Source: an uncultured Nitrosopumilaceae archaeon | Lineage (GTDB): Archaea; Thermoproteota; Nitrososphaeria; Nitrososphaerales; Nitrosopumilaceae | Length of the DNA stretch: 24,000 nt | NCBI GenBank assembly: GCA_963920015.1 | Contig: CAWTZF010000048.1 | Location: 6,698-30,697, forward strand | Direction of reading: 5' to 3' | Part shown: piece by piece, positions 1 through 7,668 of the stretch | How positions within the stretch are numbered: the first letter of the stretch is position 1 | How the letters are laid out: the number at the start of each line of letters is the position of its first letter | The notes under the pieces: model-generated | What the model was told of the DNA's origin: nothing | The model's database searches: none | What the model saw: only the letters and a program-made list of their open reading frames with translations | Position numbers and translations under genes: made by a program

Positions 1-27
1 TACAATATCCAGTATTTCCTATTAAAT

Positions 28-456
28 TTAGTTGAAAGGTTTCAATAGATTAGTATATGTTTTAACAGTTTCTGTTTTTCTGTAAATTGGAGTATAGATT
101 TTTAGCTTTACTGAATTTTTTTCTTGAATAACTAATTTACCATTCACAAATTCTTCTTTATCTAATCTTAAATGTAAATTAGAATTTTCTAATCTTTCTT
201 CAATATTTTCAATAATCTGTTCTATTTGCTCCTGGGAAATTTTTGATACTAAGGTGTTTACAAAGTTATTAGCTGATTTTTTTGTGATCTTTGCATTAAG
301 TAAAGTAATAGGATTATCAAAATGACCCGTTAGATTTTCCAAGGAAAAATCTTCTTTTTTTAACCCAAATATTTCTTCAAATTTATTAAAAAATTTTGAA
401 ATATCTTCCGTGGCATAAATGATTACATCAATGGTAACTTCAATTCTGCTTGCCAT
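28..456 (-). CDS. Small RNA-binding / predicted exosome-associated protein (COG1325/DUF54-like)
   Basis: 142-aa ORF. The N-terminus RIEVTIDVIIYATEDISKF resembles the beta-strand-ATEDxxKV start I recall for this small archaeal family. It lies directly downstream of rps3Ae. A TATA-like TAAATAAT is centred about 27 nt upstream of the ATG. Confidence 0.5.
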   Translation of the reverse strand: MASRIEVTIDVIIYATEDISKFFNKFEEIFGLKKEDFSLENLTGHFDNPITLLNAKITKKSANNFVNTLVSKISQEQIEQIIENIEERLENSNLHLRLDKEEFVNGKLVIQEKNSVKLKIYTPIYRKTETVKTYTNLLKPFN

Positions 457-484
457 TCTAATTTAGAAATTAATCTAGGATTAT

Positions 485-1096
485 TTAGGCCTGAAGAAGA
501 GCAATTTGTTCTTCAGCAGTCTTGATGAGTTTGACTTTTTCTAAACCAACATGTCTCATTCGAATTAATTTTTTAGTTGCAGCCATAATATCTGAATTTA
601 TCTTACCGTAACATGTTGCTTGGACAAACTCATCAATAGTCATTTTTGGTACTGTTGATTCAATAATATCTCGTGCAATTAATCTAAGCGCATGTTTTCT
701 AGACGTGTTTAATTGTCTGTGTGTTAATGCAACTACTTTTAATCTAAACACATACCCATCCTTGGTTTTTGCATCAATGATGAAATTTATTTTAGAAGAA
801 CCTCTTCTAATCAAACTTCGCAAAAATTCTTTTGCATACTCATACCGTTTGAAAATTGTAGTAGCTTTGTCATCTTGAACTTTGTCTATCTGAAAATACA
901 TCTTGTATTGATGTTGAGAAGCATCTCCTTTTAGAATATCAAAAAGTGTAACTTCTATTACTCTACCTAGAGCCTTTTCTTCATTAGTAATAGGAATGTA
1001 TGCTATTGGTACATTGTTAAAAGAATCTGGAGCTAATACTGTAACCCATTTTTTCTCTCTCCACTTGTCTTTTACTCTAGTCTTTCTTCTAGCCAA
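485..1096 (-). CDS. rps3ae: 30S ribosomal protein S3Ae (eS1)
   Basis: 203 aa. The N-terminus (M)ARRKTRVKDKWREKKWVTVLAP is the characteristic S3Ae start. The start codon is TTG (plus-strand caa at 1094-1096), immediately preceded in frame by TAA, so no ATG alternative exists. Confidence 0.9.
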   Translation of the reverse strand: MARRKTRVKDKWREKKWVTVLAPDSFNNVPIAYIPITNEEKALGRVIEVTLFDILKGDASQHQYKMYFQIDKVQDDKATTIFKRYEYAKEFLRSLIRRGSSKINFIIDAKTKDGYVFRLKVVALTHRQLNTSRKHALRLIARDIIESTVPKMTIDEFVQATCYGKINSDIMAATKKLIRMRHVGLEKVKLIKTAEEQIALLQA

Positions 1097-1136
1097 TTAG
1101 TAACGACCTTTGAATCCAAAATATAAGGGTATGTAG

Positions 1137-2399
1137 CTAGATGGTTTCTTTTCCCATGTAACTATGCAAAACTTTTGGAATACTAATGTGGCCATCTTTA
1201 GTTTGAAAATTTTCCATAATAGAAACTAAAACTCTAGATGTTGCAACAAGAGTACTATTTAGGGTATGGAGAAATTGTGTTTCTTCATTTGTTTTATCTC
1301 TAAATCTGATCTTTAATCTTCTTGCCTGGTAATCCAAGCAATTTGAACAAGAAACAATCTCTCGATATGTATTATGTCCTGCCATCCATGCTTCTATATC
1401 ATATGTCTTGGCTGAAATCTTTCCCATATCTCCACTTGAAAGAAGAACCACGCGATATGGAATTCCAAGATTTTGATAAAATTCTTCAGCCGTCGAAATC
1501 ATCTTTTCATGTTCTTGCCATGATTCTTCAGGTCTAGCAAAAACAAATTGCTCTATTTTTTCAAATTGATGCACTCTGAATATTCCTTTTTGATCCCTAC
1601 CGTGAGCCCCTGCTTCTTTTCTAAAACAAGGACTAATACCTGCATATCTAATTGGCAGTTTTTTACCTTCAATAATTTCACCAGAATGCATTGCAGCCAT
1701 GGCATGCTCTGAAGTGCCAATTAGATAGAGATCTTCATCTTGAATTTTGTAAATCACACCTTCAAAATCTTCAGCAATTATTGCTCCTTCCATTGATTTT
1801 TTATTTATCATGTATGGTGGCTGTACTAACATGTAATTTTTTTGGGCAAGAAAATCTAGAGCATAATTCATTAGAGCCTGATTAAGTCTTACCAAATCAT
1901 TTTTGAGATAATAGAATCTTGCTCCTGATACTTTCGCTGCTCTTTCTAAATCTACCAAATCTAAATTAGCAGATATGTCAATATGATCTTGAATCTTAAA
2001 ATCAAACTCTGGTGCATTTCCCCATCTTCTTATCTCTTTGTTTCCAGTTTCATCCTGAGCAATTGGCACTGATTCATGTATCAGATTAGGAATTGTATAT
2101 GCAAGCTTTGCATAGTTTTGTTCTACAACTTTTTGTTCAGATTCAAGATTTTCTAAACCCTTTCCTACATTTACCATTTCATTCAAAAGCTCAGTTGTAT
2201 TTTCTCCAGCTTTCTTTTTCTGTCCAAATTCAACAGATACCTGATTTTTCTTTTTTCTTAACTCATCAGTTTTGATAATGTGTTCCCTTCTTTTCTTATC
2301 TGCTGAGATTAAGCCCTCTAAATCAAATTTGATAGCTCTGTCCTTTAACATCTGTTGTATTTTTTCTGGATTCTCTCTGAGAATCTTAGGGTCTAACAT
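1137..2399 (-). CDS. serS: Seryl-tRNA synthetase
   Basis: 420 aa. It has an N-terminal coiled-coil arm (MLDPKILRENPEKI...). Class II motifs are present: CFRKEAGAHGRDQKGIFRVHQFEKIEQF and a C-terminal LNSTLVATSRVLVSIMENFQ. Its ATG overlaps the stop of the upstream gene (TAATG). Confidence 0.95.
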   Translation of the reverse strand: MLDPKILRENPEKIQQMLKDRAIKFDLEGLISADKKRREHIIKTDELRKKKNQVSVEFGQKKKAGENTTELLNEMVNVGKGLENLESEQKVVEQNYAKLAYTIPNLIHESVPIAQDETGNKEIRRWGNAPEFDFKIQDHIDISANLDLVDLERAAKVSGARFYYLKNDLVRLNQALMNYALDFLAQKNYMLVQPPYMINKKSMEGAIIAEDFEGVIYKIQDEDLYLIGTSEHAMAAMHSGEIIEGKKLPIRYAGISPCFRKEAGAHGRDQKGIFRVHQFEKIEQFVFARPEESWQEHEKMISTAEEFYQNLGIPYRVVLLSSGDMGKISAKTYDIEAWMAGHNTYREIVSCSNCLDYQARRLKIRFRDKTNEETQFLHTLNSTLVATSRVLVSIMENFQTKDGHISIPKVLHSYMGKETI

Positions 2400-2641
2400 T
2401 ATTCTATCACTTTTAGTACAACTTGAACGTGTTCTAAAACCTCATCGATGGTGGCAATTAGCGTTTTCATGTTATCCTGACCCTGAAAATTAAAAACAAG
2501 TTTGTTATCAATATTTTCTATTTGTAGTGTCAAGTTTTCTGGAAAATTTATGTTGTCAGGCTCGAGAGATTTCTGAATAGCTTCTGCCTTTTTTTTGGTA
2601 ATATTGTTAAGAGTTACCTGAACCTTGCACGTTAATGACAT
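2399..2641 (-). CDS. pcc1: KEOPS complex Pcc1-like subunit
   Basis: 80 aa, with size and layout of archaeal Pcc1. It has an internal beta region and a C-terminal helix (TLIATIDEVLEHVQVVLKVIE) like the Pcc1 dimerisation helix. It sits in a stop/start-overlapping chain with the neighbouring genes. The start overlaps the upstream CDS by 35 nt, so the start is uncertain. Confidence 0.55.
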   Translation of the reverse strand: MSLTCKVQVTLNNITKKKAEAIQKSLEPDNINFPENLTLQIENIDNKLVFNFQGQDNMKTLIATIDEVLEHVQVVLKVIE

Positions 2642-4025
2642 TTGACTCTAAATAATCTAAAAATCCATCCAATTTGTCTTTAGTTATTCTGGCTCCAGCT
2701 GCAGCATCATGACCTCCGCCAACACCTTCGAATTTTTCTGCACCAGTTCTCATCAGGGCACTCAAATTTACATCTGATTTACATCCAAATGATTTTCTTG
2801 ATGAAAACTTAATCGTTCCTTCTTCACCATTAGTCCTCAAGATGACTATCTTTCCAGCATTTTTTGGAGAGCCGGCAATTAGAGAAGAGATCGTACCAGT
2901 CATTGTCTCTGGAACAACACCCTCACCATTTACCATTACACACATTTTACTTTCTGAAATCCTCCATCGCTCATTTGCTAAAATATTCATGTAGTTTCTA
3001 ATCATTTTTCTATATTCTTTGAGAATATTTTCACCTTCTTGTAGAAGCTTATTTCTATCTCCCATACATATCCCAATTCCAACACCTGCTTTGCTAATTC
3101 TTCCACAAGAATTTAGCATAGTTGAAAATTCTCTACAATCCCTCAAAAAACTCCTTCTATCTTCTCTAGGAAATGTATATGTATACCCAATTAATTCTTC
3201 GATAATCTCAGTTGCATTATTTCCTGGTGTAAATTTAGTAATTGATTCTATCAATACTCTCTTTTCTTCCTCATTTAATTCGGCAGGAACTCTCCATCTT
3301 CCACCATCTTTGATCTTTATTCCAGAAGATTTGATCAAGGAAAGACAAGCATCACGATTCCAAGTAAGTCCCTCAATGAAGGGTTGAGATGTAAAGGCCA
3401 AAGCATCTGGAATTGGCCTTGTTTCCCTTCCAACAAGTAATATGTCTAAATCAATGTCTAGAAGACCCTGCTCTTTTGCAGTGTTTGCAATCTCAAAATT
3501 TTTTCCAATAAAAGATTTCTTTGGTCCTTGATCTTGTCTATCTCCTAGTGCCGAGACTACAGCAATTGCAGATAGATCAATATTCTTCGCATCCAGAGAT
3601 TTTGAAGCTAGATATGCCATTCCACCAGCACAAATCTCCGTACCGCCATCTATGCCGAATTTCCAAGCATTGATCACTCTCTCATTATCTAGTTCTTCAT
3701 CCGGAATTTGATGATGATCTAAAACAGTCCAATTATCTCCTAATTGCTCATCCAGTTCCTTTGCAAAACCTCCTCCTAAATCTGTAATAACGTGAAAATC
3801 TCTTGAATCGTCTTTAAGATTTGCAATCACTTTCTTGTTGAATTCATTTGCTGTACTTAGAGTACATTTTGCACCAGCTCGAATCAATGCTTTTGTGATA
3901 ATACTACCTGAGGTTAATCCATCACAATCAATATGTGTAATTACTGAAATTGATTTTTTTGATTTAATACAATCAAAAATTTTGTCATCAAAATACCCAA
4001 ATGATTTTTCCAGTTCCTGGACCAT
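2607..4025 (-). CDS. DHH/DHHA1 phosphoesterase, archaeal RecJ/GAN (Cdc45-like) nuclease
   Basis: 472 aa. DHH motifs are HIDCDGLTSG, ITDLGGG and VLDHHQ. The DHHA1 motif is GVGGGHDAAAGA near the C-terminus. Confidence 0.85.
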   Translation of the reverse strand: MVQELEKSFGYFDDKIFDCIKSKKSISVITHIDCDGLTSGSIITKALIRAGAKCTLSTANEFNKKVIANLKDDSRDFHVITDLGGGFAKELDEQLGDNWTVLDHHQIPDEELDNERVINAWKFGIDGGTEICAGGMAYLASKSLDAKNIDLSAIAVVSALGDRQDQGPKKSFIGKNFEIANTAKEQGLLDIDLDILLVGRETRPIPDALAFTSQPFIEGLTWNRDACLSLIKSSGIKIKDGGRWRVPAELNEEEKRVLIESITKFTPGNNATEIIEELIGYTYTFPREDRRSFLRDCREFSTMLNSCGRISKAGVGIGICMGDRNKLLQEGENILKEYRKMIRNYMNILANERWRISESKMCVMVNGEGVVPETMTGTISSLIAGSPKNAGKIVILRTNGEEGTIKFSSRKSFGCKSDVNLSALMRTGAEKFEGVGGGHDAAAGARITKDKLDGFLDYLESNVINVQGSGNS

Positions 4026-4474
4026 TACTCTAGCTGGGCAACTACGGACTTATATTTCCAGTTTTCAGGAATTCTACCAATTCTTTTGTAGTATATTGAC
4101 AGTCTGTGAACCTTTGCTTCAATTAGCTCGAGGGATCTAACATTTCTTCTATCTCCCTTGTTTGATTTAAGATGTTTTTGTAATCCTACTGCCTTTTTCA
4201 CAATGTTGTCTAAATCCTCAGGCATATCTGAGACAAGTTTATTTTCTCCTAAAATTTTTGCAATTGTTTTCTTTGTAATTGGTTTAACAAGTGGAATTGC
4301 ATATTGATCACGAAGTTTAATTCCGATCTGACTTTGTGACAAACCTGCCTTTGCATACTTGACAACTAATTCTTCTACCTCAGTTGGATTTTGTGAAATC
4401 CATGAAGGAGCTCGAATTGTAACTGGTCTAGTCGAATGCGATTTTCCATGTCTATGACTATGAAGTCGTCCCAT
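4025..4474 (-). CDS. rps15: 30S ribosomal protein S15 (uS15/S13e)
   Basis: MGRLHSHRHGKSHSTRP is the typical archaeal S15 N-terminus. The ORF-track start at 4498 is a TTG lying inside a TATA-like box (TTTAATTT, plus 4497-4504). The ATG at 4474 sits about 27 nt downstream of that box, so I place the start at 4474. Confidence 0.9.
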   Translation of the reverse strand: MGRLHSHRHGKSHSTRPVTIRAPSWISQNPTEVEELVVKYAKAGLSQSQIGIKLRDQYAIPLVKPITKKTIAKILGENKLVSDMPEDLDNIVKKAVGLQKHLKSNKGDRRNVRSLELIEAKVHRLSIYYKRIGRIPENWKYKSVVAQLE

Positions 4475-4598
4475 GTCATGCGTGTGACTTCGGAACAAAA
4501 TTAAACGTTACTTGAAAAACTGATTCAAAATTTATCGGTCCATTATCAAGAATAAAGGTTAAATATCTATGAACTGTTTATTTGAGCAGGTAAACGGT

Positions 4599-4937
4599 AT
4601 GAATAAAGTACTACTAATCGGTTCTGTATTTGCCATATATGCTATCGGTTATTCTGTTGCTTATGGTACAACAGGTATTGCATATGCACAATACATGGGC
4701 AATGTCGGCGCAGGTGGAGAAACAGGCATAGCTACACTTGAAGAAACACTGGAACTTGCAAGAAGAAAAATGGAAGCAGTCGCAGCAAATCCAGACGCTG
4801 GTTCAGGAACTCCTATTCTTGATGCTACTGGTGTAGTTGGCGCAGCAATAATTTCACTTGCAGTCTTTGGTGGTATTTCAATGGTATTCTTTGTTAGAGG
4901 ACGATCTGGCAAATATGCTGCTGTTGGAACAGGCTAA
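4599..4937 (+). CDS. Small membrane protein with N-terminal hydrophobic helix or signal and C-terminal TM anchor; candidate accessory AMO subunit
   Basis: 112 aa from the ATG at 4599. The N-terminal hydrophobic segment is KVLLIGSVFAIYAIGYSVAYG, followed by an acidic helical middle. The C-terminal TM segment is VVGAAIISLAVFGGISMVFFV followed by RGRSGK. The ORF-track ATG at 4569 sits 3 nt after a TATA-like box (TTAAATAT 4559-4566) and is therefore unlikely to be transcribed. Confidence 0.6.
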   Translation: MNKVLLIGSVFAIYAIGYSVAYGTTGIAYAQYMGNVGAGGETGIATLEETLELARRKMEAVAANPDAGSGTPILDATGVVGAAIISLAVFGGISMVFFVRGRSGKYAAVGTG

Positions 4938-5049
4938 ACAAAACTATTTTTCTCTAATTTTATTATCATTGCTTAAACGAAATCTTAATCTCGCACATAT
5001 TGCAAATAACAGAAATATATATATCGCACAAATAGCGTTCACATAGATA

Positions 5050-5319
5050 ATGATTCCTCTCTTGGGCACGTTCCTAAGCATTCTGTCCTCAGTAACTGGG
5101 CAAATTGGACCAAACTATGACCCATTATTTTACGATGTTATGATTTACATCTTTGGAACCATCATGTTCACAATATTCCTACTTTCACTTATTTCATTTC
5201 ACTTACGTGTTCACGGATGGTCATACAAAGACAATCGTGAAAGATGGATTGATGAATTAGACGGACACTTTGAGAGAGAAGGTATTGGTCTAATTCCTGA
5301 CAATGGCAGATACTGGTAA
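5050..5319 (+). CDS. Small two-TM membrane protein, unknown function; candidate accessory AMO subunit
   Basis: 89 aa. The hydrophobic segments are MIPLLGTFLSILSSVTG and VMIYIFGTIMFTIFLLSLISFHL, followed by a charged C-terminal tail. An AATATATATAT box (5013-5024) is centred about 27-30 nt upstream of the ATG. T-rich sequence follows the stop. Confidence 0.6.
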   Translation: MIPLLGTFLSILSSVTGQIGPNYDPLFYDVMIYIFGTIMFTIFLLSLISFHLRVHGWSYKDNRERWIDELDGHFEREGIGLIPDNGRYW

Positions 5320-5379
5320 GATTATCTTTTCTTTTTCATTATTTTTCATAACTTTATAGAAAGTAGCTAAACTTCTAAT

Positions 5380-5937
5380 CTATGGCTTTGGTGGTAGAAA
5401 ATCTGATGGCAAGAAATCCCTATCCTTAGACTCCTCATAGTCTCTGGTGACAAATTCGGCCCTATACTTGTATCCATCTACAAGAAGAGTATTGATAAAA
5501 TCTGGAGATTCCTTTCCGTTAACAAAGATTTTTGACTTATCTTGTGCCATATCCTTAAATGGAAATCCGCCTTCGTGATATGTACTCCAAGTCCATAGAA
5601 AATGACCTATTTCATATGGATATTCTTCTTCCCATTCTGCGAAAATAACTCCGTCATCAGAAATTGTGTATAGAGAATGTGTACATCCTTCATTCATGCC
5701 AATTCTGGCTGGAATTTCGGCTTTGAGTCCGTCAATATAGAGTTCTAGAGTAGCTGAAATTCTGTATGGGGTTTCTCTATGATCAATACATGCTTTCAGA
5801 GGATCGTCTACGGATAAATAACCCTGAATTAGACTTGCACCTACCGCAAAAACAGCCCCAATGACGGCAACTTTCCCAAGAAAAATCAAATTTTTTCTGC
5901 GCCTTATGGGGTCTCCTCCAAAGAATGGGAAAAACAT
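5380..5937 (-). CDS. Membrane-anchored extracytoplasmic protein, unknown function
   Basis: 185 aa. It has a basic N-terminus then a single TM segment (LIFLGKVAVIGAVFAVGASLIQGYL). The roughly 140-aa soluble domain contains 2 Cys and several His/Trp/Tyr. A TATA-like CTTTAAGTAA (plus 5958-5967) is centred about 27 nt upstream of the ATG. It is tail-to-tail with the 89-aa gene, and its 5' end faces the 3' end of amoB. Confidence 0.6.
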   Translation of the reverse strand: MFFPFFGGDPIRRRKNLIFLGKVAVIGAVFAVGASLIQGYLSVDDPLKACIDHRETPYRISATLELYIDGLKAEIPARIGMNEGCTHSLYTISDDGVIFAEWEEEYPYEIGHFLWTWSTYHEGGFPFKDMAQDKSKIFVNGKESPDFINTLLVDGYKYRAEFVTRDYEESKDRDFLPSDFLPPKP

Positions 5938-6157
5938 GTTCTCTCTTTTTTAACGAATTACTTAAAGTCCTTTCCGAATTATTCAAATGGTTCATCAACT
6001 ACTTCTAGCACATCAAATTGATCTTATTCTGATTGATATTTAGATTTTCTATACTTAACCAAAAAGCCATTCATTAGAAAATGGAATGTACGTCCAAATA
6101 AAATTTTGAATTAAAATTATGATGATTTTGTAACAAAATGAAAAGGTGGAAGGTTGT

Positions 6158-6727
6158 TTAGATTACTTGCCAGGGACGTGTTGCAAAAACAACGACATAT
6201 GCAGCTCCAATCACGATTGCTTGGTATGCTATGTTTGCGTAAGGGATTGGTTTGAGAATATACTCGCCCTCTACAATTACAGTTTGTCCTGGACCAAGTC
6301 CTGGACCTACGTTAGCAACATTGAGTTGTGTGTGAACGTGATAAACGCCTGGTTCAAGTGCTTTAGCGCAAATTTGGTAATCTACAACAGAGTTTCCTTC
6401 AATATCAAAGACGTTACCTGGTGGGTCTCTAGATAGAATCTCCCATCTATTACCTGCATTTGTTGATTCTGAGAAGATTGATACCCATGCTCTAGACTCT
6501 CTTTCAATAAGACTGACTAAAGTGCCTTGAAGACAAAGTGTTTCGCCTGTGTTAAGAGATTGTCGATTAAAGCTTTCATCTTCAATTCGAATAAAACGAC
6601 TTTGAAGCTGTGCTTGTACTCCGTGTGCCTCTGCATTTGGAATGATATAATCAACCCAATTGAAACCAATTGTTCCTAATGCTAAAATTACACCGAGTCC
6701 TAATATCATTAGTTTTTGTTTGAACAT
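6158..6727 (-). CDS. amoB: Ammonia monooxygenase subunit B (archaeal type)
   Basis: 189 aa. A signal or TM segment precedes AEAHGVQAQLQSRFIRI, which is the mature N-terminal His region of archaeal AmoB. It has a single cupredoxin-like domain and a C-terminal TM segment ending TRPWQVI. Length and sequence match remembered Nitrosopumilus AmoB. Confidence 0.95.
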   Translation of the reverse strand: MFKQKLMILGLGVILALGTIGFNWVDYIIPNAEAHGVQAQLQSRFIRIEDESFNRQSLNTGETLCLQGTLVSLIERESRAWVSIFSESTNAGNRWEILSRDPPGNVFDIEGNSVVDYQICAKALEPGVYHVHTQLNVANVGPGLGPGQTVIVEGEYILKPIPYANIAYQAIVIGAAYVVVFATRPWQVI

Positions 6728-6877
6728 AGCTATCCCGTTAATTACACTGAGTGAAAACTTACGTCGTTATATGTTTTACCTTAAAAGTTGAGATCGAAAA
6801 TTAAATTCCATTGATTAACACTAATGTTATACAATGAAAGTACAATTTTCAATATTAGAATTTATGAATAATTTTGA

Positions 6878-6923
6878 ATGTTTTTATGTAAATTTTATGT
6901 TATAACCAATAGATCGTATGTAA
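6878..6923. promoter_or_regulatory. Phased TATGTWA motif array in the amoB/amoC divergent spacer
   Basis: The copies are gTTTTTATGTAAA (6878-6890), TTTTATGTTA (6891-6900) and gTATGTAAAA (6914-6923). Spacings between copies are 11 and 21 nt, roughly one and two helical turns. The array lies 65-110 nt upstream of the amoC start. Confidence 0.25.
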
Positions 6924-6957
6924 AAATTCATAAAATCTCTTTAATTTTGAACACATC

Positions 6958-6965
6958 TTTTATAT
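6958..6965 (+). promoter_or_regulatory. amoC TATA box (leaderless configuration)
   Basis: TTTTATAT is centred about 27 nt upstream of the ATG at 6989. That is the spacing expected between an archaeal TATA box and the transcription start site. Confidence 0.5.
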
Positions 6966-6988
6966 CTCAATCAATGACCATTACTACT

Positions 6989-7552
6989 ATGGCACAATTG
7001 CCCGCATTAATCCCAAAGGAAGTTGAGATTCAGAGACTTAAGAAAATCTGGATGATCATCATTGCTATGGGTTCAACTGCTGCATCTGTAGAGGTCGACA
7101 ACTTTGTCGATGGTTCTCTACATCAAACTTCTATCAGAGATAGTGCATTCACACCAGCTCACTGGTGGTTGTACAGTCACTTTGTAGCTCTCCCACTAGG
7201 TTGGGCTTCAGCTGCAATGTATGATAGAAAAGTACCAATTCTCAGAGGTCCAAATAACTCTATGAACACTGGTTTGAAGATGACCATTCTTGGTTACTTA
7301 GCAACAATGTTCACTATTGGAATCAATGAAATGTGGCACTTTTGGTTTGTAGAGGAAATATTTTCAGTACCGAATCACTGGATGTTCAATATGGGTGTAG
7401 TCGTAGCCTTTATGGGCGCTCTTGCATACGTAGTTAGAGTATATGCAAGACTAATCGAACTTGGCGCAGAAACACCAGGTGAGAATCCATACATTGCTGA
7501 AATGTACAAGATGGCCTTAGAGGGCAAACTGTACAGCAGAGCAATCCCATAA
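6989..7552 (+). CDS. amoC: Ammonia monooxygenase subunit C (archaeal type)
   Basis: It starts MAQLPALIPKEVEIQRLKKIW and ends LEGKLYSRAIP, matching remembered Nitrosopumilus AmoC almost throughout. The ORF-track start (6878) and the ATG at 6974 lie within or upstream of the TATA box. 6974 remains a possible alternative start. Confidence 0.93.
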   Translation: MAQLPALIPKEVEIQRLKKIWMIIIAMGSTAASVEVDNFVDGSLHQTSIRDSAFTPAHWWLYSHFVALPLGWASAAMYDRKVPILRGPNNSMNTGLKMTILGYLATMFTIGINEMWHFWFVEEIFSVPNHWMFNMGVVVAFMGALAYVVRVYARLIELGAETPGENPYIAEMYKMALEGKLYSRAIP

Positions 7553-7560
7553 ACAAAAAA

Positions 7561-7583
7561 GTGCGAAAAGCACACTTTTTTTT
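7561..7583 (+). terminator. amoC terminator: short hairpin plus T8 run
   Basis: GTGC-gaaaa-GCAC hairpin at 7561-7573, followed by eight T (7576-7583), 9 nt after the amoC stop codon. Archaeal RNA polymerase terminates at oligo-T tracts. Confidence 0.55.
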
Positions 7584-7594
7584 CTTTATTTTAA

Positions 7595-7657
7595 TTTTAT
7601 AAACAGAGATCGATTTTTACACTTTCTTTAAGAAAGACTTAAAAGGATTTGGAGGTG
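7595..7657 (+). promoter_or_regulatory. amoX promoter (TTTTATAAA) and Shine-Dalgarno-like GGAGGTG
   Basis: The TATA-like box is at 7595-7603. GGAGGTG at 7651-7657 lies 11 nt upstream of the amoX ATG. Unlike amoA and amoC, this gene appears to have a roughly 40-nt leader. Confidence 0.4.
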
Positions 7658-7668
7658 GTATAATCCAA

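Noticed and set aside
1322-4140. Plus-strand ORFs 1322-1537, 1691-1885, 2093-2275, 2272-2493, 3019-3387 and 3835-4140
   Set aside because: All lie antisense inside confidently identified minus-strand genes (serS, Pcc1, RecJ-like, rps15). Their products are low-complexity and hydrophobic with no motifs, typical shadow ORFs in AT-rich DNA.
4661-4912. 83-aa minus-strand ORF rich in Pro/Ala/Ser
   Set aside because: It is antisense to the 112-aa membrane-protein gene. Its composition simply mirrors the Gly/Ala-rich sense codons. It has no promoter-like box and no start context.
5938-6157. Possible sRNA or C/D box RNA in the 220-bp spacer between the 185-aa gene and amoB (ATGATGA at about 6118-6124, CTGA at about 6033)
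   Set aside because: The box order and spacing are wrong for a C/D RNA on either strand. There are no flanking terminal stems. The sequence is AT-rich with no GC-rich structured core, and only tiny ORFs (18 aa or less) are present.
6146-6436. 96-aa plus-strand ORF overlapping amoB, and 5783-5998 minus-strand ORF
   Set aside because: The first is antisense to amoB. The second is out of frame, overlapping the 185-aa gene and its promoter region. Both are explained by the confident genes.
6878-6988. N-terminal extensions offered by the ORF track (amoC from 6878, rps15 from 4498, 112-aa gene from 4569, secreted protein from 12632, aconitase from 21381)
   Set aside because: The extensions add non-conserved residues ahead of recognisable family N-termini or signal peptides. 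Several begin at TTG or run through the TATA-like box that best explains the downstream ATG.
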